In this document: piece by piece, positions 11,607 to 23,339 of the stretch | Layout of the letters: each line of letters opens with the position of its first letter | Numbering within the stretch: the first letter of the stretch is position 1 | Assembly (NCBI RefSeq): GCF_009834535.1 | Contig: NC_045696.1 | Span: 4,342,001-4,406,000, forward strand | Reading direction: 5' to 3' | DNA from: Camelus ferus | Taxonomy: Eukaryota | DNA: 64,000 nt | Translations under genes and position numbers: made by a program | The notes under the pieces: model-generated | Told to the model about the DNA's origin: nothing | The model's database searches: none | Seen by the model: only the letters and a program-made list of their open reading frames with translations

Positions 11607-12468
11607 TTAGATTCCACATATAAGTGATATCACATGGCATTTGTCTGTCTCTGTCTGACTTACTTCACTTAGTACAATTATCTCTAAGTCCATCCATGTT
11701 GCTGCAAATGACATGAGTCCATTCTTTTTCATGGCTAAGTAATATTCCATTGTGTATGTATACCACAATTTCTTTATCCATTCACCTGTTGATGGACATT
11801 CAGGCTGTTTCCATGTCTTGGCTGTTGTAAATAGTGCTGCTATGAACACTGGGGTGCATGTTTATTTTTGAATTAGTTTCCTCCAGATATATGCCCAGTA
11901 GTGGGATTGCTGGATCATAGGGTAAGTCTATGTTTAGTTTTTGAGGGATCTCTATACTGTTTTCCATAGTGGCCACAGCAAAATTACATTCCCAGCAGAG
12001 GGTGTGGAGAAAAAGGAACCCTCCTGCTCTGTTGGTGGGAATGTAATGTGGACTTTTTAGTGACGGCCACTCTGACCAGTGTGAGGTGACACCTCCTTGT
12101 CATTTTGAGTCACATTTCTCTAATAATTAGTGAACTTACTTACAAAACAGAAACAGACTCACAGACATAGAAAACAAACCATGGTTACCAAAGAGGAAAG
12201 GTAGGGGAGGGATAAATTAGGAGTTTGGGATTAACAGATGCAAACTACTTTATACAGAATAGATCAACAACAAAGTCTTACTGTATAGCACAGAGAACTG
12301 TATTCAATAGCTTGTAATAACCTGTAATGAAAAAGAATATGAAAAAGAATATATATGTATAACTGAGTCTCTACACTGTACACCAAAACTAACACAACAT
12401 TGTAAATCAACTATACTTCAACAATACATAAAATAAAAATGATGATTATCCTTTAAAAAAAAAAAAAA
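11607..12468 (+). mobile_element. L1 insertion with inverted 5' part (11607-12133 antisense ORF2 end; 12131-12468 sense 3' UTR and poly-A)
   Basis: Minus ORF 11607-11849 is the ORF2 C-terminus (MFIAALFTTAKTWKQP...LICGI*); sense 3' UTR follows; degenerate TSD aggatgtaggcattag (11595-11610) / aagatgcaaggattag (12467-12482), 12/16 identical. Confidence 0.92.
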
Positions 12469-14367
12469 GATGCAAGGATTAGAATCGTAATGAGGACGGG
12501 CATCTGTCTGGCCAGGGCCTGGTGGTGGATGGGACTCAGAGGCAGCACAACGTCCCGGGGAGGAGGCTGGGCAGAACCGAGTCGGGGTCACGGCTGAGGT
12601 TTGATCCAAGAGCACCCGGCATGGAGGACTGTCAGCGCAGGGAGGTCGGGGAGAGACGGATCCCCAGGCGTGAACAAAGCACAAAGCCAAGAAGAGTTTG
12701 GGTGCAGACGGCTGAGCGCCTGCCCAGCGCAGGACCTATGGTCTGGGGGTGGGAGGCCCTCCCTGAGCGTGGCTGGGCTCCAAGGCAGAAGCAGCCGGGC
12801 CCACGGAGTGCCCGTAGGAAGCTGATGAGGCACAGAGCAAATTAGGGCGTTGACTCAGGGGCTCATGCTGACTCAACAACCCGTGGGAGGGCTTACCTTG
12901 ACTCAGGTGCGGGGGACGTGCCCGAAGATGGACGGACTTCTTTCCAGTCACATCAGCAACAAGCTGGAACCCCTCTGGTTCCTCACTGAGTACACAGAGC
13001 AGCGCTGGGAGCTGGGGGTGGGAGCCGGCCTGCAGGTGCAGGGCTGCAGGCGGGTCATTCCAAGGAGATACTTCGCAGCGGTGTGGGGGTGAACTGCCTG
13101 CTGAGAACAAGCTTCATCTTGATGTTCTCTGGACGCGGACCCCGCCACTTGGCATATGGAGTCTGTCCACACCAGGGTGGCGGGGGGTGGGCTGGCTGGT
13201 GGTGATATTGCAAAACCCAAAGCTGTAAGATTTAAAAACAAACAATTATTCTAGCAGAAAATGAGAGACTAGCTTCGAGTTTTCTTGTTAAAGACTTGTT
13301 TCTAAACAGCTGAATAATTACTGTCGTCTATTTAAGATTTCCAGATGGTTTCTACATTTTTCTGCTTTCTTCAAAATTTCTCAGTCTTTTTACACTTGTC
13401 TCAAAGATTGCTGTAACATTTCTAATTGGATCATTGCATTTACAACAAACATTTCTGGGAGGCCCGCTCTACTAAACGCTGGTGAATGAGATGCATAAAA
13501 AGTCCCACTAACATTTCATGAAGAGAGAGAGGAGGTTGCTGCAGGACTTGATGTTCTTAGGGTTTCTTTTTTATTATCCCCACCACTGAATCAATACTGA
13601 CAAATCAAATGCTGATTTGATAAGTTGTCTAAGTCTGGGTAAGATAGCACATTTCATAGTTTTTTTCGTGAAAATGGTATTTTCAGTGGACTTTAAAGCA
13701 CAGAATGGTGACAGTCTGCGCCTTACTGCTTCACAGAAGCACTGTGGCTTTCTCTGTCCTTTTGCAGGGAAATTAAGGCTTTCAGGGCTTCTCTCATTGA
13801 TTTTTCACTCAGCAACAAGCAGACACATCCTAGGTCCTCAGAGTGGCCTCCATTGTCACGATGTTGTGTGTTACCAATATCTGCCAGTGATCTTGCTTTG
13901 GGATCCAGCAGAGGACGGAGGGGCCCCCGGGCTGCGGCCCCAGCCCGCCGTCCCAGCCTGGCCTCATTCCGCTCTCGTATCTGACTCCCGGGGCCTGTGC
14001 TTGAAGCCACCCGAGCTCCTTGGTTTTTACGAACAGCCTTGCATCTCCCGTGTTCTCTGAGTTCCTGACTACTGGTTACATTTTGTCAAGTCTTTCCTGA
14101 AGGGTCCTCGTCAAGCGTCTGTTTTCCTCCCTTGGTGTGTTCATGGCATTTTGACTTGTCTTTGGGGGACCGTATTTTCTCCTGGATTAAAAAAAAAAGA
14201 TAACCCCTTATCTTTTCTAAAAAAAATAGTTTTGGGGGGTTACATGTTAAATTTAGAGTTTACAATGAAGGCTGCGGTGAGTGAAGGAATAAACTGAGAG
14301 CTGGTTTGATAGTTTATCTTTTTCCTTTGACATATAATGCCTACAAGGACCCCCAATGGCTGTGCAG

Positions 14368-14413
14368 TGCACGCGCGCACACACACACACACACACACGC
14401 AAACAACACACAC
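14368..14413. repeat. (CG)/(CA)n alternating purine-pyrimidine tract
   Basis: tgcacgcgcgcacacacacacacacacacacgca read directly. Confidence 0.9.
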
Positions 14414-14609
14414 GTACTCTTTCAACAGTGTAAGGCTAGCGTCTCTGCTGATTCTGTAACCTAGTCCCACCTTCTGCAGAAACGAGGACAAACTTGGGTT
14501 CTCGGCCTCCACCTCACCTTAGATGCACAGAGCAGCCTGATTTACTGCAGGGCTCTGGGTAGATCAGCAGTCCCTCTTGCCTGTTCCACTTTTCTACTTC
14601 ATTTTCTTT

Positions 14610-14761
14610 CTTTTTTTTTTTTTTTAATTTTTAGTTTTGGAAGGAGGTAATTAGGTTTATTTTTATTTTATTTAAAAAATTTTAATGGAGGTACTGGGCA
14701 TTGAACCCAGGACCTCATGACTGCTAAGCATGCGCTCTGCCACTGAGCTCTACCCTCCCCC
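14610..14761 (-). mobile_element. tRNA-derived SINE (camelid Vic-1-like)
   Basis: Reverse strand has A-box tagagctcagtgg, B-box ggttcaatgcc and an A-rich tail; perfect 17-bp TSD tctacttcattttcttt at 14593-14609 and 14762-14778. Confidence 0.92.
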
Positions 14762-15489
14762 TCTACTTCATTTTCTTTACACTCCTCTTCTCCCTCCCAC
14801 CTCCTCCTTCCCTCCCCTCCCCTCCTCTCATGAAGCTTCCTTTTCTTCTGGAGAGAAGAAGACGGAGGGAGGGAGAAGCTGGTCTTCCCTCTGTTCACAC
14901 CCCAGGACCCATTTCCCCCCTATTTAGAACATGGCCTCTTGGGTTCTGGTTTTCATTGTTTGCATTATCTTCTTTGGGTGACTGTGTGGGGTCTGCAACC
15001 TCCATGCCTCTCCTGTTCAGAGCATCTCAGCCCTTTTCTCAAATCTCCTTTCCACCCTCTGAGCCGTTAATATAATGAGGTTGGACATACTGCGTTCTTC
15101 AAAGCCCTTTGTAGCTCCATTTTCGGGGTCACCATGAGCCTCTCCTTTACAGCCTGGAGGGAGTGAGGAGGCAGATTGAGAGGGGGGACAGAGACATGCA
15201 GGGAGGGTGGGCACCTTGATCACCAAGGCCTGCCCCAGCCCTCTGAGGCCTGGCCCTCCTTTCCTCTGCCTCATCCCCCTCCCCACCCAGGGGCCATCCC
15301 GGGGTACCGACTGTGACCCCTCGGTGGTCCGGAGTATGTTGGTCCAGGGCACGCAGACCACCCCTCAATAGTGACACACGGAGCATTTAAGTAGATTGGG
15401 GGCTACACACACGTTAAATTCGAAAGCATCGTTCACTCTTCATTTCACTTGGTCTCACTGGTGCCGTTTGCCCTCTGTGTATGGCGATT

Positions 15490-15598
15490 AATTTTTACTG
15501 TGGTAAAATACACGTAACATAAAATGTGGCGTTTTAACCATTTTCAAGTGCATTGCTCAGTGGCACCAAATACATTCACGTTGTGCCACCATCACATC
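15490..15598 (-). mobile_element. L1MB-like 3' end
   Basis: tttttactgtggtaaaatacacgtaacataaaat...ttttaaccattttcaagtg...tacattcacgttgtgc. Confidence 0.75.
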
Positions 15599-15732
15599 CT
15601 CCTGTGAATGTCATTCTCCACGTGTACAGTACAGTAAACCATTTCCTGCTTCTGTCAGTCACTGGCGATATTTCTGGAGGTTTAAGTAAAATGGTTCTAC
15701 AGGAAACAGCTGAAACTGAAGAGAGGTCTTAA

Positions 15733-15965
15733 GCGGCCGATTCGACGGGCCATTTACGCATCATGGCCAGCAGAGGGGGGCGGTGGGCCAAGCCTGGTGG
15801 AGCCGCGGCGGTTCCTTCCCCTGCGGCGCTGAACGCAGCGAGAACCCGGCCAGGCGGACGCAGCAGACAAACCAGCATCACCAAACAAGCGTCGCTGTGT
15901 AGGGAACGCTGGGACCGAATGATGGTCGGGTGGGTCACGGAAATTTTTCCCACCACTTTTCACAG
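15733..15965. promoter_or_regulatory. Short CpG-rich unique block (candidate promoter/enhancer)
   Basis: About 20 CpGs in ~230 bp, imperfect CTCF-like tggccagcagaggggggcg at 15764-15782, donor-like CAG|GTGAGA at 15966. Confidence 0.35.
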
Positions 15966-17287
15966 GTGAGAGAGATCACCAGGGAAGAATGGTAATTGTC
16001 CCCTCTTTTCCAGAGTCCTTGCTTTTTTGATTGGGGACGGTAAACAGCATTCTTTGGGTTCTGTAACCTAGGTGGGCAGTTCTTGGGGACACCCGAGCTG
16101 GGGAGAGAGACCTGCAGTGTATTGCCAACGTTGGTGTGAAATTCAGTTTGAGTTGGAGAAAATAAGGAAGTGGGCAGGGGGTAGGGATGGGGGCGGGGTT
16201 TTCGCGTACCTGGAATGGTGTGGGCGTGTCTATGAGTGCTGGAGTCGCCCCTGCTAAATGCTTCTCCAGTGACGCATGCAGCCGCTCTGCACGTTCCTTA
16301 GAGAAGACGCAGCTATCACAGCTTCCAGTCTCCGAGTTCCCAGTGCGGGTCCAGCTCTGAGTAACAGAAGGCCAGTCCTGTTTGCAGGGAGAGTTTATAT
16401 GGAAAAGCAATGTTCCCTTGTTGACAGGCAGCTGGAACATTTTTAGCAAATTACCCAGAGTTTAGGGAAGAGTTCTTTAGAAAATGAAACCCTGGCACTT
16501 AGAGCCACAGATCAAAATGGATGAGGGGTCTCAACAAAGAAAGTAGAAAAGACAAGTCAGTTATTTTTAAACCTGATAACCTAGAATTAGCTGAGAGGAT
16601 CACTCAACTTACACACAGAGACAAAAAAGCAAAATGCAAGCCAAAAACCCTCGGATCCTTCACAAACTTTTACTAAAAATGAACTCATTACCTAACAGAT
16701 GACATGCTTTCCTCCGTGACCATTCACTACTCTTCATCCAGAGACAAAAATCACAAAAACAAAACAGACCCCAAACACCCAGCAAACACCAAAAACCTTT
16801 TCTGAGTTGCTTTTTATCATCCTTTTGTTGAAGTGCATTTCCAGCTCATCTTGCTTCACTATTAGCAAAAATGCACTGAACTTTGGAATTCTCCTTCTTT
16901 CCTCTCTCTCTCACTGGAAAATGAAGTTCTTTATGCAAATTATTGCCTTATGTCTGCCCGTCTTGGGTCTGTGTGATGGGGTCGCTGACATTTCTTTGAC
17001 CTCCTAGTGGAATAATTAGGTGCTCCAGTTACCAAGCAACAGAAAGTCGGACGACCCAGGAGCAGAGAGTCCTGGGCAGACGCCATGGAAGGTCGGAATC
17101 CACTTCCAAAGAGCCTCCACCAGACATGGGGGCAGGGAGCTCCTGCCCCAGCGGCTGATGTCCCCAGGTGGCCCGCTCACCCCCACTGTCCCCAGACAGC
17201 ACACCGACGGGATGCCAGCCTGCCCATCTTGGGCTCATAAGGCATCCTATATGCAGAATTCAGTGAACTCTTCTGCATTTTCAGTTG

Positions 17288-17590
17288 TTTAATTTATTGT
17301 GGTTAAAAAACACACATAACATGAGCTCTACCTCTTAAAAATAGTTAAGTGTCCAGTACAGTGTTGTCACTGTAACTACAAAGTGTCCTACAGCGCACCT
17401 CTGGAGCTTTTCATCTCGCACAGCAGAAACTTCACATCCATTGAATCGCATCCCCCGTTCCCTCTTGCCCCAGCTCCTGGGAACCAGCACTCTGCTCTCT
17501 GCTTCTGTGAGTCGGCCCACTTCGCTACCTCGTGCAAGGGGGACTATGCCATCTGCCTGCTTCTGTGACTGGTTTATTTCACGTAGCATC
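17288..17590 (-). mobile_element. L1MA/MB-like 3' end
   Basis: ttattgtggttaaaaaacacataacatgag...ccagctcctgggaaccagcactctgctctctgcttctgtgagt...ctggtttatttcacgtagcat. Confidence 0.85.
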
Positions 17591-18082
17591 AGAGCCGCTC
17601 GGAGTGCGTGGTTCTAGGAGGAGAGAGCACCTGTTCACTTCCCCAGCATTAGAACCTCAATACAATGAAGTGAGGCTGACCCCTTGCACTGGGGGTGGGG
17701 GTGTTTCTGATTGGTGGGTTTTGTGAATCACACCGCGAAACCCCTAAGAGGAAAAAACACAGCATCAGAAGATTGCACCTTCCTTCTGAATTCTGTCTCG
17801 GGAACCTACTAATTTCATAATGTGGCCTGTCAAGGATACCCTGGAGCTGGAGCAAAAAGCATGAAGACACCAGGTTGTGTAAACCCCCAAATGTGTGTGT
17901 GTTTAGGCCCCAGAATCCCAGGCCGTAAAGGCCGCGTCCCAGAACACCTGTGGGGACCGTGCCTGGCATTGAGGTTGTGTGATTATGAGGAGCTCCTAAT
18001 TATCTTTATACTTTCCTGTATTTTTCAAATGTTCTACACTTGACATTATCTTCATTTTAGCAAATATAAACATAAGAAGATG

Positions 18083-18138
18083 GGTATGTGTGTGTATGTG
18101 TGTGTATATGTTGTATATGTGTGTGTGTGTGTGTGTGT
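18083..18138. repeat. Imperfect (TG)n microsatellite
   Basis: Read directly. Confidence 0.9.
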
Positions 18139-18427
18139 ACAATGTCCAGGGGCTTGAAAACAGTAGTTATTACATGTAAATCTGCTTATTCCTACAAGGG
18201 GAGAAGTAAATAACTCACTTCTGAGCCTCGCCTGGGTGACTGATGGGAGCCACCCCGAGGGCTTAGATTCAGCAGGGAGGAATCTGTGCTCGTGAACCAC
18301 GTGCTTCAGTCACCTTCCCGAGACTTAAGATCCTTCAGCTGCAATGTGTAAAAATGAGAGTCAAGATGCATAGAGCACGTACCATGTTTCAGACCTGCTA
18401 AACATCTTCCCCCATTAATTAAAAAAA

Positions 18428-18806
18428 GTTTTTTTATTTTTATACAGTTGCTACCAAATATTGGTTGTATTCAGTGTTGCACGATACAGCCTGAACCTGT
18501 CTTACCCCCGGCAGTCTGCACCTCCCAGTCCCCACCCCTGTCCTGCCCCTCGCCATCCCTCTCCCCACTGGTGCCCACAAGTTTGTTCTCTGTATCTGTG
18601 GGTCTTCTTTTATGTTATATTCATTAGTTGTTGTATTTTTCAGATTCCACATATAAGAGATCCCATATGGCATTTCTCTTTCTCTGTCTGACTTATGTCA
18701 CCAAACATGACACCCTCTGAGTCCATCCATGTTGCTGCAAATGGCAAACTTTTGTTCTTTTTTATGGCCAAGTAGTATTCTGTTGTATATCTATGCCACA
18801 TCTTCT
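18428..18806 (-). mobile_element. L1 3' end (older subfamily)
   Basis: cagattccacatataagagat...tccatccatgttgctgcaaatggc is the reverse of the ORF2 end and 3' UTR. Confidence 0.88.
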
Positions 18807-18822
18807 AAATATTTCATCTTCT

Positions 18823-19053
18823 TTTTTTTTTACATTTTTTATTGAGTTATAGTCATTTTACAATGTTACGTCAAATTCCAGTGCAGAGCACAATTTTTCA
18901 GTTATACATGAGCATACATATATTCATTGTCACATTTCTTTTTCACTGTGAGCTACCACAAGATCTTGTATATATTTCCCTGTGCTATACAGTATAGTCT
19001 TGTTTATCTGTTCTGCATATGCCTGTCAGCATCTACAAATTTTGAAATCCCAG
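18823..19053 (-). mobile_element. Young lineage-specific L1 3' end
   Basis: Reverse complement of 40580-40770; perfect 22-bp flanking repeat tcttctaaatatttcatcttct at 18801-18822 and 19054-19075. Confidence 0.93.
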
Positions 19054-19735
19054 TCTTCTAAATATTTCATCTTCTAAACAATTAATTTTACACCAGGCCT
19101 GAGAGGATGGTTCTGTTAACACCCTAGACTTCCATTGACGAGACAGAGAGGCAGAGTGTCAGGTGACCTGAGGGAGCTGCCCAGGGCCCTTGCCCCCACC
19201 CACCAGGCCATCCTGCCCCTCAGGACGGAGTGGCAGGAAACAGGGCGCCCCGCAGGGATGTGTAAAACTTGCAAAATAGATGGCACTGGGAGGTCTCTAG
19301 AGAACTGGATATCAGAATTAGTTATTTAAAATTTTGATTCTTGTAGCAGAGCCCCCATTCTTGGTATTTGGCAGGCCTGGGGTGAGAAAGCCACCTTCTT
19401 GTGGAATCTGGTTGGATTTATAAGGCTGGCAGATTCTGCGGAGACAGTGATTACCTGAACTGGATCTCTTTCAGTGGATCACCTCTTGTTCCCGTGGCGT
19501 GGACTTGGCCTGTGACGATGGCAGTGACCAGGGCCCACCCCCAGACCACAGGAGAAAGCCTGAAAAAGGCTCAGAGCCGGGGACGTGATTCTGGGAAGGA
19601 CTCTGAGCTTCTCCTTCCCTCTGTGGTCTCCTTAAGGGTGAAGTGCTGATGCTATATTGGAGCTAAGCTTTAGCACATATGTCCCCAGAGTAGGTAACGT
19701 ACTGAGTGATTTACATCTACATTTAAGAGGGTGGC

Positions 19736-20077
19736 TGTCTCACTCATCTTAGGCTGGGTGGCTTATAAACAACAAATTTATTTCTCACAGTTCTGGATGC
19801 TGGGAGTCTGAGGTCAGGGTACGAGGATGCTGGGAGGTAAGGGAAACTCTTACTGGTTTACAGATGGCCAGCTTCTTCCTGTGTCCTTACACGGTGGAGG
19901 GAGAGCAAGCTGTCTGAGTTTTTTGGCCGCTTCTTACAAGGGCACTACCCCATTCATGAGGGCTCCACCCTTATGACCTCATGACCTCCCAATAGCCCCA
20001 CCTCCTAATACCATCACACTGGGATGCAGGTTTCAACAAATGCATTTAGAGGGAACAAAAAGATTCAGGCCGTAACA
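19736..20077 (-). mobile_element. MaLR LTR (MLT1A0-like)
   Basis: gggtggcttataaacaacaaatttatttctcacagttctgga...gagggctccacccttatgacc...cccacctcctaataccatcacactggg...gccgtaaca. Confidence 0.88.
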
Positions 20078-20656
20078 GTGACTGATACAAGATCCTCCCG
20101 GACACTAAGTTTGGCAGAAAAACCTTGTGTTGATGACTTTAACTAGCAGTTACTCTAGAATAGGAAAGCCAACTTTGTTTCTGTCTGACGTGGACACACA
20201 CAGACACACAGAACTTACAGTCTTGGGACCTTCAAAAATGGTGGCTAACTGACTTTGACACACTGCATTTTAAGCAGCAGCATGACATAAATATTGGTCA
20301 AGACAAAGCAACAGTGCAGAAAGAAGAGAGTTCTAAAAGAGGCTCCTGGAATCCTGAGTTCTAGCTACTGCTGGTCACTGCATGTCTCTGAATGACTACA
20401 ACTCTACGAGGTTTCTTACCTCGAAATTCAAACTAATTCTGACAGCTTTGTTCTCTTGAGTATCATACACAGAAAAACAAGACCACTCTGTCGCTATTCT
20501 TCTCTTTATTGATTGTGCAAAGCCCTCTGGCTCAGATGTCTGCACTCATGTATTCGGTCAACAAACATTTACTGAAATATAAAGAGGAATCAGAAGCTAC
20601 TTCTCTGCGCTCAAGGATCTCACAACCCAGTGGAGATGCCAGAGCTCTGGGAACAA

Positions 20657-20700
20657 TGTGTGTGTGTGTGTGTGTGTGTGTTGTGTTTGTGTGTGTGTGT
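20657..20700. repeat. Interrupted (TG)n microsatellite
   Basis: Read directly. Confidence 0.9.
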
Positions 20701-22383
20701 AAGGTAAGAGAGTAAGAGGCAACTTGGGTCAGGGTGTAACAGAACCATTTTTGGACTAAATGCGTTTCTCCATGGTTTTGGAGCTGGCCTGGCTGTGCCA
20801 GAGCTGAATAAAAATAAGGTTTAAATTACGTGCAATTAGAAATTTCCCTTTTCCCCCTTCATCTGGTTTTGCTCATCTCTAATCTCATTTCTTACTCTCA
20901 TGCCCACCACCCAGGCTGGCGGCAACTTGGCAGAACATTGTCCATAAAATTAAATTCACAAAGGCCTTGGCAGTTAGTTCAGAATCCAGCCCCAGTATAG
21001 ATGCGACCCCGGGCCGTAGCCATCTGGTAGACCTGGTACCGCGCGCAGGGAGCAGAGTGACCCTTGGTAAGCCGGACTTTTGAACCCTGTCTGGCAGGGT
21101 GGGGGCTGGCAGGAGCCTAGCTGATGTGCAGAGGAACTCTGGGGAAACGTTCCATTTGCTTTTTATGCAACCATAATCCCAAGTCTTCAGTAAAGAAGTC
21201 CTGGTGAAAGATCCTGACCTTTTTAATCAAGTCAGGTCCAAGGCTTAGAATATTGCCTCCAAACACTCAGCACTAAGGAGTCCAGGAGCCTTATTTCCAT
21301 GACCTCTTCACTCTGCCAGTTTTCTTAGGGCTTGAAGATGCTTGTCCCCTGTCTACCTCCCCGCCCCCCTCCCCCCCCCCCACTCCAGCTGAATAATTCG
21401 GGTTGTGTGAAATAGAGTTACAAAGGGGCATTGTTTTGAGCCTTTTGCTGGGTTGGCTACATAACAGGCCCTTTAATTCCCAAGAAAATTGCTTGTTCTG
21501 TGCAAAATATACTGTACCATTCACTTCTCAACCTAGCTATTTCTATTCTGACACAGCCTCCTTTCAAACGCGACGCACAGTATGTAAATGCAAGCCAACA
21601 ACCCGAAACTCTTTTCTAAAAGGGAGGCTGCTAGTATTTTTCTTTGAAGATTGTCCCCTTCTTTTAGACAGGAAATTACTGTCAACTTTCTTGCCACCTG
21701 GCAGTAGTTACTGAGCTTTTCCTCCCTTTTTTTTTTTTTTTTTGAAAGGAAATATTGTGCCAGGGACCACTTCTAGAAATATGTCTATATTTAAAAATCA
21801 TCATCTTCAAAAACTGACATCAACAGTCACTGACGGCACTGTAGGCACACCGAGGAGCTGGAGCTCAGGGTAAACGTCTTTCCAGTGAACGTGAACTTGT
21901 ACCTCTTGGTCTATTTCAGAGAGCTTTTGCTCGGTGTAATTACTATGGTTTCTAAAGGAGTTTCTGTGTAATTACCATGGAGTTTATTTCACGGTAACTA
22001 TGCAATTAACTTGTCCCACTTCTCTACATGGAAAATACTATAATTCTAATACAAATGGGTTGGGTGCTAGTTTTCTCAACCGTACTTTAAAAATATCTGT
22101 ATTTTAAATGTTTTCTTCATTTTCTCCCTTCTCCTTCTTCAAATAACATGTTTGGTTTAGTTAATTTCTTTTTTTTTTTTTGCTTTTTTAAATCCAAGAA
22201 AGGCAAAATTGCTAAAATTTTACTGGACAGCCCCAAATTATCAAGAAAGCTTTGGAGGACATAGAAAATAGCAATGGGAGTTAAATGACCCACACAAACG
22301 AATGCTGGTTGAGGGTCTTTAGAGAAACTGTTGAGAGCTGATGGGAATCAGGTCATGAGCCCAGGATGAAACCAGATATTCTT

Positions 22384-22926
22384 TTTTTTTTTTTTTTTAA
22401 CTTTTTTTCTATTGAGTTAAAGTCATTTTACAATGTTGTGTCAAATTCCAGTGTAGAGCACAATTTTTCAGTTATACATGAGCATACATATATTCATTGT
22501 CACATTTGTTTTTCACTGTGAGCTACCACAAGATCTTGTATATATTTCCCCACACTATACAGTATAATCTTGTTTATATATTCTACATATGCCTGTCAGT
22601 ATCTACATATTTTGAACTCCCAGTCTATCCTTCCCACCCCTTTCCCCCTTGGCAACCATGTTTGTATTCTATGTCTATGAATTTGTTTGTTTTGTATTTA
22701 TGTCCTTTTTTTTTTTAGATTCCATGTGAGCGATCTTATATGGTATTTTGCTTTTTCTTTCTAGCTTACTTCACTTAGAATAACATTTTTCCAGGGACAT
22801 CCATGTTGCTGCAAATGGTGTTATGTTGTCATTTTTTATGGCTGAATAGTATTCCATTGTATAAATATACAGATGACTGGATAAAGAAGATATGTTATAT
22901 TTATACAATGGTATATTTATACAATG
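22384..22926 (-). mobile_element. Young L1 3' end with short inverted 5' segment (22870-22926)
   Basis: Poly-T, 3' UTR, ORF2 end (YTMEYYSAIKNDNITPFAATW); TSD atgaaaccagatattctt (22366-22383) / atgaaaacggatgttctt (22924-22941), 15/18 identical. Confidence 0.92.
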
Positions 22927-23339
22927 AAAACGGATGTTCTTGTCTTTACTTCTCATTGTGTTCAAATTAACTGTGGGAGGGAGTGGCTTGACTTGGGCCC
23001 TTTGTGTTTTCTGCTGTGAAACTGAGGGTGGCGTTTGGAGAACTTCCCAGGGGACATCCCCTCCTGTTGTTTAAGGCACAGGTTGGGAGATGGAACTGAG
23101 CAGTAATAAGAGGCTTTGAAAAGGGAAAGTAACCTCATTGCTAACTACAACCTGGAGGAAGGTGGGAAGTGTTGAATCCTAGATTTTTTTGGAAAATAAT
23201 TTTGCTTGCTCCTGGCTGTGTGACCAGCTGGGGTGGCATTTCTATGACCCATTGAGACGATGGATGAATTCATTTCTAAAAGCAAGTCAACTAACCTGTG
23301 AAACCACAGGCCCCGTGGAAAGCCATAGACTAAGCTTTA

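Noticed and set aside
14685..14761. tRNA gene (also at 34265-34335 and 62786-62856)
   Set aside because: tRNA-like heads carry A-rich tails and TSDs and are diverged, so they are SINEs
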